Assembly: GCF_000315625.1 (NCBI RefSeq)
Contig: NW_005434665.1
Location: 679,220 to 743,219 of the forward strand
Direction of reading: 5' to 3'
Length of the DNA: 64,000 nucleotides
Origin: Guillardia theta CCMP2712
Taxonomy: Eukaryota > Protista > Cryptophyta
Shown: one piece after another, positions 34,094 to 45,100 of the stretch
Layout of the letters: every line of letters starts with the position of its first letter
Position numbering within the stretch: the stretch's first letter is position 1
Program-made: the position numbers and the translations under genes
Notes under the pieces: model-generated
Seen by the model: the letters and a program-made list of their open reading frames with translations, nothing else
What the model was told of the DNA's origin: nothing
The model's database searches: none

Positions 34094-35960
34094 ATGCAGA
34101 TGCGACAAGGCGGCGAGGTAGCAGCTCGACGCCTGGGCCGAGTCTACTCCTGCTCTCTCCTAGCCTTGGGATCGGAGCGCAAAAGTCTGTCCCTTGTCTT
34201 CCTCTCTCTGTTGCTTTGCCATGCTATCCTCTCTCCCAGCATGGCCTCCCCCCTCGGGAAATTCGATGACCCGGATAAATACGTGCAAATTATGCGAAAA
34301 CTGCTGGAGGCAAACACCACCGACCAAACTAATAGTACAAGCGAACTGTCAACTACTAATGCAACATCCAGCTCCAGCAACTCTCTAGGTACCACCAGCA
34401 ACTCCACAAACAATGATACCTCTGTCAAGAGTAATTTGAACAACACAAGTATCATGAATACTTCGGTATTCATCGACACAAGTGCAAGTTTCTCGCCCCA
34501 AACAACCGCCGCACCAACAACACCTGCGACTTCAACTCCATCTCCTGTCATACCTCAACTGCCAATCGGTGCTTCGGTTATCGCAAGTGAAACTTTGACT
34601 CTACCTTCGGATACCGTGCTACAGAGCCAGGGCTTTGTCATGCAATTCAAAGCTGCCTCATACGTGAATGTTGGTGCAAATATTCCAGCGGGAGCATGGC
34701 CCAAGGACGATCGAAGAGTGCCCACGCTTACTGTTGTCTCCTTGAATCTGACCGCAGCCAACATCACGCTTCCAGCTGCATCCAGGGTTGTTCCAGTTTA
34801 CTCTGCAGACGTGTTTGACCTTTTGTGCTCGATAGGTCGGTGGTCCAGTGATCGAGTATGGACCAAGCGGGTATTCTTTGGGGGTTGATAAGACGATGTT
34901 TGATCGAAAACTCGATTCGCAGGATCAAGTTTCTGCTTCCCGTCCGTCTTGCCCTGCCAATATCCAGCACGACTGTATTGGGAAAGAGCGAGGAGTTAGT
35001 GGTTCACGTATACAATCAAAGCTCTAGGATGTGGGAAAGGTTACAAGACTTAAACAAGTGATGCTTCTTCAATCATTTCTGTGATAATAGGCGACCAGTC
35101 ACCTCAAAGGATGTTCCGACCCCTCCCGAAGGAATTGTGAGTGTTGTTGCAAACTCGTTTATACTCGCTCATCACATCCCAAACTTGCAGGTGTACGGAG
35201 AAACGATGAGCTTCTCTATGTATGCGGTAGGATAATTCGTTTGTCAAGATCCCATCACTTATTCTGTGGATCCAGGCATTGGTGGTTCCGAAACAGAAAT
35301 CTAGGTATCGAGCTATTTGTCAAGGAGAAGGAAATTCACATTTGATTCGCAACAGCAAGAAATGCGGAGATGGTTGCATTGCGGGAGCTGTGATCGGATC
35401 GATCGTCGGTTTTGGTGTCCTGGTGGGTGGCTTTTGGTATTTCACGCAGTATCAGAAGATGTCAAGTGGAGGAAGCGACGTGGTACGCATGAACTCTCGC
35501 ACACTCGTACAGGACTCATGTGGATTTGAACAGGAGCGAGAAGAATCAGGACGAGACGAATCAGGACGAGGGCGGGCGCCTGCAAGCTCGCAGCCACCAG
35601 CGGTAAGTCGTACTGTCAGAGCAGGCTGGAAGCTTACGTATCTCTTCAGACTCGCCAAGCACAAGCTCACAGCGAAGAGGTGGTTTTCTGATCTCCTTAT
35701 TAGACCGTTCTTACCCTGCGGCAGAACACTCCACGCGAACTGCATGAAAGGACTGAAGAGGAAGAAATGGTTCGATTTGTGTTTCCCTTCACAACTTGAC
35801 ACTTATGAAGGAGGAGGATGACCGACGTGCCAACAAGTCGACAAAGAAGGAATCGAAGGAAAAAGTATGACAAGAGAGGGTTTGACAAAATCACTGATAG
35901 CCTGATGCTGATTTGCAGGAGGATTCTGATGAAGACGACAGTCATTATTATGACGTGTAG
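34094..35960 (+). CDS. Single-pass type I membrane glycoprotein (signal peptide, S/T/N-rich stalk, beta-sandwich region, TM, acidic tail)
   Basis: Hydrophobic SLVFLSLLLCHAILSPSMA, many NxS/T sequons, TM GCIAGAVIGSIVGFGVLVGGFWYF, last exon EDSDEDDSHYYDV*. Confidence 0.7.
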
Positions 35961-36107
35961 ATAATCCTCGTTGGTGAAATTAAATACCGTGTACCAGTGG
36001 TGTGCGTATTTTGAAGATTCTACCTAATTTACAGCGCTTGATGAAACTGCAGGAGCAGTAGGAGCAGGAGCAGTGGAAGTAGGAGCATTGGGCCAGTTGG
36101 AGGAAGT

Positions 36108-37066
36108 TCAGATGTAAGTGCCTGCGAGAGAGCTTGCGAGGATACTTCTCCATATCTTGACGTGAATTACTTGACCTGCTCGCCGGACCTGGATGTTAAC
36201 GCTCGTTCCGGGAAGACCGCTACATGCTCGTTTCAGATCTGAGGGTCACAGGTGAGGACGACAAAAGTTGCAGGACACAGAGAAGCAGCACCGCCTGCAG
36301 TTCTGATGCATTCTTCATCATGGTCGTCTAGATTCGCTTCATTGGCATTCTTCACATGCTCCCTCAACCTCTTCAGATCGTCCTCCGTCAGCCCATCTGT
36401 CTGGATACACGGGGTGTCTTCGACTTGCTCGATGCGATCGCCCAGCTGAAGCAGGCTGGACGTGTCTGCGTTGCTTCCCGGAGCGATCCCATCGACCACG
36501 AAGCTCAAGTCCTCCTCCTGTCTCACTGAGATGCCAACACGAGCTTGCTGCGCCAGGTCGCACGCGGCCGTCCAGAAGCTTGCACCATCTCTCAGCAGAG
36601 CACATTCAATAGAGTCTCTACCTGCTCAGCCCCTGCTGCAGGTGCTGCAGGCCGGAATCAATAGTTTCACATGGCGGCTTGCAACTTTCGTCTTGCATCA
36701 TGAACATGTCACCATAGAAGTCAGGGTCAAGCACTGGCACGCTGTACATGTGCGAATCATACACAGGGGAGAGGATGCATCGGTCACAGATCCTGCCAAG
36801 GGAAGCATCAGTCCCTGTCGTCACAACCGGCTCTGTCCTTACCCCTCTTCCTGCAGAGTTCTACCATCGACAAGCATCCTGCGGCCCTTCATGATCTTAG
36901 GCGCGTCCCATCCATTGATATGCCATGCTCCCGACATCTCTTTGCAGAAATCCATCCGCCCGACACGCCTCCTGAAAGATTCCACCTTCTCGCTCGAGCA
37001 GGCAGGAACAGGGATACAGATGGAGGATGGGGTCACCATCAGCACTGTGAGCTGCTGGGAGGACAT
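36108..37066 (-). CDS. Protein with N-terminal ubiquitin-like domain and C-terminal PDZ domain
   Basis: KIMKGRRMLVDGRTLQEEG|ICDRCILSPV resembles the ubiquitin segment GKQLEDGRTL. PDZ: FVVDGIAPGSNADTSSLLQLGDRIEQVED...GLPGTSVNIQVRR. Stop at 36108 after LAGTYI. Confidence 0.7.
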
Positions 37067-37189
37067 GCATAGACGTCGACGAGGGCAGAGAAGACAGGGG
37101 CGCAAGGACAGAGGTCAGAGGGAACTTGAGTTGCAATGAGGTTGAGCCAGGTGCAGACGGAGATGATTCGAAGAGATTCAGAGGAGGAG

Positions 37190-37490
37190 AGGTATGATTG
37201 AGAGGAAGGGAAGGGAGAGGGAGAGAGGATGGGGCGGGGGGGCGGGGGGGGCGGGAGGGGGGAGTGCTCAAGAGGAGGTGCGGGCAGAGGTGGGCAGAGA
37301 GGTGGGGGTTTTTCAAAAAGGATGGGGAGGAGGGGAGGAGGGTCGGGGTGGAGAGGGATGGAGGGAGGGGGGGAGGGAGGGAGAGCGATCGATAGTTTGG
37401 GCTATGAGCTGATTGGATTTCGATGGTATAGGAGGACGAGGCAGGGGGGAGGCAGGGGGCAGGGAAAGGAGAAGGGAGGGATGGTAAGGA
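37190..37490. other. Purine/G-run tract with G-quadruplex potential upstream of the UBL-PDZ gene
   Basis: GGGGCGGGGGGGCGGGGGGGGCGGGAGGGGGGAG and many further G3+ runs. Confidence 0.6.
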
Positions 37491-37859
37491 GGTTTGGTCA
37501 AAGAATCCATGTGAGGTGCAGAGGGTGCCGATGGGACCACACAGAGGAGACAAGCAAGAACAGGCCACAATATGATGAGCGAGGAGAGAAAGGGATGGTG
37601 GAGGAGGTTTTAGTCTTGTTGTCTTCATTTCTTGCGAGCATGAGGAGTGCTGCTAGCAAACCTCGGATGCGAACCCAAAGAGATTGTCCGTTGCCGGCAC
37701 AAACTCAGCAGGCGAGATGGGCGAAAAGATAGTCGACCCACAGAAAAATCTACAGCCCGATCGAGAGAGTCACGAGGAAGCAACAGTAGCTGCTAGGGAA
37801 GAGACAGTCATCCACGCACATCCGAGGGCTCTATGCCACCATCCTAGGAAAAGCAGCAT

Positions 37860-38590
37860 CGTCACAGAGTGAACCCGCGATCCCCGTGCAAGGATCACAG
37901 GCGAGTGAGGTGCTCGGGAGGCTTCAAAGACAAAATCCTCACCTCTTGTGAAACCCTCTGGCCGGTCGGTGCGACAAGACCCTAGTCTTTGACTTCATGC
38001 CGGCGGTTGTCAACGGCCACTCTTGCATCGGAACCGAGTTGATGTGGACCTGATGCTCCCACTTGTGGTCCTTGGGAGCGTTCAAGTTCGTGTCCAACGA
38101 TTTGATCACCTTGACACCAACATGAGGAAGGCGGGAATGGGAGCAAGAGTAGCTTCACCTGATTTACTCCTCGACGGCCCTGCTCGGGGAAACTTACCCT
38201 CCCGCTGTCAAAGTCTGAAAATGGCACTCAGTTCAACGAAGAGACTCTTCGAGGATAGAAATAGCAGAAGGAGAGGAATGAAGAGCATCGGGAGAAGGAG
38301 GAGATCGGGAGGAAGCAATTCAATCTCCAGCTCAACAACCAGAAGCCCCGATGTGAACACAGATGGCGATCAGAGTGTTCAGTGTCATCACCTTCAATCG
38401 AGAAGAGCTGCTGTCCCCTGTATGGAATCATCTTCATAGCCAGCGACGTTCTCTTGACCCGCATGTTCGCGCTCAGGACAACCAACATGAACAACATAGC
38501 CGCCGCTAAGCCCGCCATCACCATCGGAACCGACTCCCTCTTCACCATCGTGCCCCTGATCGTGCCCCTTCGCCTCTGTTCACCCATCAT
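37860..38590 (-). CDS. Small hypothetical protein with N-terminal membrane anchor (multi-exon, end uncertain)
   Basis: MVMAGLAAAMLFMLVVLSANM hydrophobic segment followed by short spliced exons (DFDSGR; VIKSLDTNLNAPKDHKWEHQ). Confidence 0.4.
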
Positions 38591-39734
38591 GCCTGGTCTC
38601 CCTCTCTTAGAATGGGAAATGAGGGTGATGATGAAGTTAAAATAGTTTTTTACTTACAAGAAAGTTACTTACAAGGGGGGTAGGGGTGGTCATCGCCCCC
38701 GTTTTGTCTTTTTCTTTCTTCGCTCGAAATTGCCATAATTTCAATGGATAGAAACAAGACAAACAACAATTAGAAGACATACTGGACTCTATTCCATTTT
38801 TTTTATACATGACTTGAGGCCCCCACAATGGCAGTCGGTTGATTGGTTTGGGCGGGAGGCGGCGCTGTTTCGCGTTAACTCTATCCTTGGCATCGTCCTC
38901 CAAGACAGAGATCTTGTGTTTGCTGTAGAAGTCTCCCTCCCTGGCATGCTTTTTTCTTGGTGTTGCTGAGTTGAGAGGTATCGAAAACTTTTCGAGCTGG
39001 AAGAGGTGCTAATGAAAGCATGGAAGGGAAAAGCTGAGGAATGCTCTCATATGTGATCGAATTGAAGAATTTGATTTGTCATGAAGACATAGAGAGAATT
39101 TAGTCGAGTTTCATAATATTGCTAGAAGGGTATTGGCGGGAGGGAACGCCTGAAACTTTGAATACAAGGGATCCATTTTAGTGTTCATACTGATCTATGA
39201 AGGTTTACAATAGGAGAAACAAACGAGAATATGTCATTGTTTCAATTTCAGTCAAATAATTTTCGATTTCTCGAGGTATACTTGCAAGCGACCTGTTCTT
39301 TTATAGCATTATTCGAGACTGTCATTCAGAACTAATAGGGTAATTGTCGCTTCAGATTTTATGCTCTTGAATTCGATCATCGCCATCCTATTCCTTCTGT
39401 GGTTTGCACATGCTTAGTCATAGCATAGTTGCGTCGTTAGCTTTTTCTTTGACGACATTGAGGAACACTGAAGCTGTTCAACTATCATCGGGATTGAGTC
39501 CCTTTCCTGCATTTCCAAAGCACCTGTATTAAGATGCATATCTACTTTTTGGGGCTTGTTCTCTTGCCTTCAAGCTGATCTTCTTTTTTTGTTAAGAAAA
39601 CTCTAGATTGATGGTGATATTGACATTTCATTGTCTTCAACAGAAAGGGAACTAGAATCTCAAATATTGGACAGTCCAGGTGACAATTGTTACACTTACT
39701 GACCAAGACTTCAATTAATTGTCCTTGCAGGATC

Positions 39735-40416
39735 ATGGAACGCGGTCAAATCACGTTGCTGCTAGCTGAGGTAGCTTGCTCAATGACAAAGATCAAGAGT
39801 GCAGAGGATGAAGCCGAAGCTTTGAGTCGTCCAAAGCTGCAGTCTGGGAGCGAGCGCGCAAGGGGCGAGCACGACGTGGAGGGTGCTTGTGACCGCAGCG
39901 TAGAGGTCACAGTTACCTCGGATGGAACTGTCGATGATGACAAGATCACCTTATTCCCCCGACGGAAGGCTGGGCAGGCCAGATCAGGAGGAGGTCATGG
40001 GCCAGTCATACTTTCGCTCGAGCTTCTTGAGCAGTTCTACAATATGCCGCTTCATCTTGCAGCGAAGAGATTGGTAAACTTGTCGTTGAGATTGTAGAAG
40101 TTTGCGCAATGACATGTTGTTTCTTTGAAAGGGAATCTGCCAGACTGCAATCAAGAAAGTCTGTCGGAAGCTGGGCATCAAGAAGTGGCCTTACAAAGAG
40201 AAGAAGAACTTCGCAGGAAAGCCATATGTCGATGTCAACGCAAAGCTCCCAGCCATGAGAGATGCTTCAGTGGATTGCAGCAGCTCGAGCCTGGATGGGA
40301 GCCCGGATCACAAAGAAAGCACCCTGTTTCTCGGCAAAGACCATGACGATGACATGTTTGGAGCAGTTCGCGCCTTGTTAAGTCTGACCGAGTCGCCTTT
40401 GCTGAGCTCCTGCTGA
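39735..40416 (+). CDS. RWP-RK domain transcription factor
   Basis: ITLFPRRKAG...LSLELLEQFYNMPLHLAAKRL|GICQTAIKKVCRKLGIKKWPYK, with one intron at ~40074-40130. Confidence 0.9.
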
Positions 40417-40689
40417 GGGAGTTTCGCTTCCGACTTTCATAGTACTAGATATGTGTATACTTCTCCTCCCTCTTAGCTCCTTTGACGTCTCTCAAATCTG
40501 CGGTAATTTCCTCCTGTGCAAGACCTTGGGAACACAGATCGGACGTTATCTCACACTGAGTTGACAACTTCATTGTTAAACTTGTTACATCCTTTGCAAT
40601 ACAGCCCGTGCGATACTCTCCCATGCCTGTTAGCTGCTCCAACATGTAACTCGGCAAGCAGCCACACCTTGCTCCTTGTCCGACCGCCT

Positions 40690-41388
40690 CTAGTCCATCC
40701 TCCTGAATCGTGGGTTCGGACGGACCGGCTGCTCCAGCTGGATCCCGAGCCACTTGCCGAGGGCCTGCACGTGCGGACGTCAGAGGTTGAAGTGACCTGC
40801 GATGATGGGCGAAGGTTCACCGTGAACTGGCAGAGCCAGCCGAAAGTCGCGGTAGGGAAGATGTCGGTGAAGGGGAGGATCTTCAAGGGAGTGTCAAGTC
40901 AGAGGGCCGCAGGCACAAGGAGGAACTGACTTCCTCGATGAAGGCTATCCCACTCAGCATCCGGTTGCCGTACCTGCCGTCTGTCATCAGGACATGACGG
41001 CTGGATGCGAGCTGGCATACATCTGGAAGACCAGAAGACTCGAGAGCGGCGCCCAGAACACGTCAAAGAACTCAGCGATCTGTCAGGAAATGATGTCAGC
41101 AACTTTCTTGCAGACCGTGTGAACAGAGATCAAGGCAAAGTTAGTCGAGATGAAACATGGAGATAACATCTTCAGCATGGAACAACTCCAATACAGCTCA
41201 AAGAAGGACGACGATGCTCGTCGTCATGCAGCAAGGAACCAGGAAGAGAGAGGAACTGACGACAGCTGCGAGGACAATCAAGCCCGACCAGCACTCACCA
41301 CAGGGATGAGGTAGGAGAGGATTCCGATGATGTCGATGACGATGGAAAGCATGAGCTTGCTCCACTTCTCTTCGCTCATCCTCACCAT
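40690..41388 (-). CDS. Small multi-exon membrane protein of an uncharacterised family also seen in bacteria
   Basis: Exons give KLMLSIVIDIIGILSYLIPV / EFFDVFWAPLSSLLVFQMY / ILPFTDIFPTATFGWLCQFT / ALGKWLGIQ...RRMD*. Confidence 0.6.
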
Positions 41389-41912
41389 CGCAGCTCCAAC
41401 GCGCTCAGTCCATCCTTCCATGGTTCTAACCTGCTAACTCCACCACCCCCACCTTCTCATTCCCAATGAATCACCCCCACCCTCTTAGCGAAATCGAACA
41501 CTCTCGGTTTCCTTCCTCTGCCTGTACGTGACTTGACGGAGACGCAGGAGGCAACCAAGGAGATGTTGGGGGCGGGGAGGGAGGGATGGATGGAGAGAGG
41601 AAGGGAGTAGACAGGAGAAGATCGTAGGGAGCACTGAGAGAGTGAGAGATGAAGAGCTGCGCAAGGATAGCTACAGCAAGAGGAAGAGAAGGCGAAGCAA
41701 GGTGAGGGAACGTCGGAACGAGAGCACGGTGGGGAGAGAAAGGAGAAGATATGAAATGAAGGTCTGCAGCCTGTGGGAGGAGAGGAAGGAGACTGGAAGA
41801 AACAGGGAGAGATAAGGGAAAGATAAGGGGATGGAGTGAGAAAAGATAGAGGAGAGGCAGAGATGAAAAAGAAGTTTCAAACAGATTCCCATGGGCGCAA
41901 ACCAGAGCAAAA

Positions 41913-41913
41913 G

Positions 41914-41956
<43 letters not shown>
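41913..41956. repeat. (GCAG)n tetranucleotide microsatellite
   Basis: About 11 perfect units. Confidence 0.95.
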
Positions 41957-42150
41957 ATCCTAGCCACTGAGAGGTTGAGAGCAGGTCACTGAGAGGAAAA
42001 CTAGGGCGCAGAAGGATAGGAAGGTGGAGGGCAACATCGAGGAAGATGTACAAGTAATGGGATACTTGACAGATGGAGAGAAGAGACAATCAGGAAGTGT
42101 AAAGAATAGAGTGATCTCAAACCGAATCAGTTCAATGTTTTCATTCAACA

Positions 42151-45100
42151 TCAGTTCTTAATGCAGTTAAAGTTTTTCGCTACCTGTCCCTGATCACCAG
42201 AGTCTCCTTCCATTGTACCATCCTCTTCGCTGAACCGCCTCACCATATCTTGCGCGTATACAACGCCGTCTTCAATGCCATGTTCCACGGAGTATTTCCT
42301 TTCCTTTCCTATCTCCACATCTTGTGTTGCTGTTTCAATCGTCTCTCCCTTGACCTTCTCCTTGCTGCCGTCTTTCTGCGGTTTGCCTTCGTCTGGTGAC
42401 GAGTCGTTGGTCTTCGAGCTCTGCAACGTTTGAAAGAACTGATACGCTGTCGTGGCTGCCTTGTACCCATCCTTCGCAAGGCTTGCAAGAATCATCGGCA
42501 TGATGGAGACGACGACGAAGGCGAAGTACATGCTGGTGACGTCAGCGGAGCTAATCAACCCCATCGCTCTCAGCAAGAAAGTCAAGCAGATGCCCACGTT
42601 GCCGAGAGCAGCAAGAAGCTGTGTCCCCCATGCCCGCCAATCAAGCTGAGGGGTGAAGATGATGTTCAGGACCAGGTCGAGGAGGAGCATGGCGGTCATG
42701 CCGGAGCTCCTTGCCTTGCCGTCTGGCAGCATGTAGACCATCAACGCATGCACAGGCTTCACACCGATGGAGTAGACGCCATACCACCATGCGTGCCGGC
42801 AGACCTCGCCAACCAACATGCCGAAGCGAGTCATGAACCGCCAAGACTTGTCCTGCCCCTCCAGGGTCGAGTCAACACTCCAGTTGCCCCGGACCAAGGA
42901 GGAGGCCAGTGTCCCGGTGACGGCAATCCCCGACGAGATTTTCTTCTCTTTCACCAACTCAGAGAGTTGTTGCTTGAGCTCTACCCACGTGTCTTGAACC
43001 CGCCGCTGCTCCCACACGATACTTCCTCGCTTCGCCAGCCAAACCAACCGCAACATGGTCAAGACCTCAACGACAAGACATGCAAACACCAGCGCCCCGA
43101 AGATGATGTAAGGCAGACATCCACTCGACATGGCGGCAGCCGTCGCGAGCGAAAGTCCCTGGACTTGAGTGATGGATACAGCTAACTCCCACTTGGGAAA
43201 AAGAATCCTGCGGTGATCAGGCGAGGCCTCTCCTTTGCGACATCGCGCGATCTGATTCGAGACGAGACGGAGGAGCGAGGCGGCGGACAAGGCAGCGGCA
43301 CAAGCCACCAAGGTGGACAAAAGCTCGTTCTTGGATTGCTTGGCCCGATCGCAGGTGGAGTTCGATGACACATGAAAGATGGAGAAGAACTTGTAGTTGG
43401 ACCATCCCAGCTGCGAGGAAAGGTCTGACACGGCCTCGGTGCTGCTGTTTCCTCCGAGCTGCCCTGTGATGGCGATGAACTGAGTCTGCAGGATCAGGGA
43501 GGTCGCGAACGAGCTGCTCCTGCCTGTCGCTCCTGAGGCTCCTGTCGACGAGAGGGAAGGCAGGACGGAACTTGCCACGGCCCCTACGGCCACCGAAGAT
43601 GCAGAGATGGCGGTGGAGGTGGCGATGATAGTCGAGACTGAGGTGATAGCTTCTCTAGTTAGAGTTCTGTTGATCTTGACCGGGGGCGGGGGTGGAGGTG
43701 GTGGAGGCAGAGAGAGAGGAGGGGTGGTAAGGATGGCAGGGAGGACAACGGTGGTGGTTTGAAGCCTGCAGGCAGTGCAGAAGCCTCTCTGGTCCTTGCA
43801 CAACCCTGACATACAATGAGCATCCACCGACATCCATACACTCAAGGTCGAGGAAACGAGGCACGAAGGGATCTGCCCCAGCAGAACGTCATTCGTCTTG
43901 GCGATGCTGTTTGTGGCGTCGTTCTCTCGCCAGCTCATCGTGACGTGCTCTAGAGTCGCGATGCCCCCACTTGAGCTTGAGTTCTGGTGCTCCCACGGGA
44001 GCCTCAAGCTGTTCATCCTCATGTCGCCATGCGCGAGAAGCGTGGCTGGGCCCATGAAGCTGAAGTCCAGCTCGACACAGGATGTCTTGTTTGCGCCTCC
44101 TCGCATGTCACCGGTGGACCCCAAGGTGGAGTTGAAGGTCAGGCGGTTCCGGTCATGCGTCATGACGCTGAGAGCTACCTCAAGGCTGGTGGCGGCAAGA
44201 GCGAAGTGAGCGAGGAAGTCTTGCACGGTGTTGGCTGTCGGGCCATGCACCAATACCGAACTTTGAACCTCGAAGATGATGCTCGAGGATGCTGACCGAC
44301 GTGCCAGGGAAGCGAGGGGAGGAGCATCCTCAACGACCTTCATCGAGGCCCCGTAAACTCCACTCTGAGAGCTCGTGACCTGGAAGATGAACGACCAGCT
44401 GTGGTCGACGTCGGCGCCAGGGATGCGCAGGGTGGTCAGTGCGGTGAAGACGAGCTGGGAGGTGGAGGCGATCAGCTGGAGTTGGAGGACCTCATTGACA
44501 AAGAAGACGAGGTTACCATCCCTTGAGATGCTGAGGGAGGCGTGAGGGTCTGCTTGTAACCCGACGCTTCCTTCCAGCATCAAGTCACTCCACATCTGCC
44601 CGTTCACCACCATTGAGTTGGCTGTCTTGGCTATGAGCGTCTCGAGTGCTGACTCGTATCCTCCAACTAGAGACGAGGTCCAGTCAAGCACAGCATCCCC
44701 ATTGCTGCTTGCTGTGATTGCGCTAGAGCCGTTGAGAAGGTTGTTGTTCGCCCATCCCATGACCATCATGTTCATCCTGATTTTGTCTCGGTGGTTTGAC
44801 AGACCGTCCATGGACAGGTTCACGAGAGAACTGAAGGACTGTTGTCTGTAGTTGTACCAGTAAGACAGGATTGTCACATCGAACTCTCCCGAAGCGTCAA
44901 GGCTCGTCAACTGATCAGCCCTTGCAAGCTCGAGTGTCATGCTGTATTTGCTTGCCAAAAGGTCAGACGTTATGCTAGTGACGCCAGCCTGATTCCGGTT
45001 GGACAAGTCTTGTTTCGTCACGTGAGTTCCCTGCAGTGTCGAGCTCCAGTTCAGCAGACGCTCTTTGTTCCTCGTCACCGTCATCAAGCTCGATCCATTC

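Noticed and set aside
36897-37732. Pro-rich and Gly-rich ORFs of 167-243 aa
   Set aside because: Products of the G/purine-rich promoter tract; low complexity only.
41671-42089. ORFs containing LPAC repeats
   Set aside because: Translation of a (GCAG)n microsatellite and AG-rich intergenic DNA.
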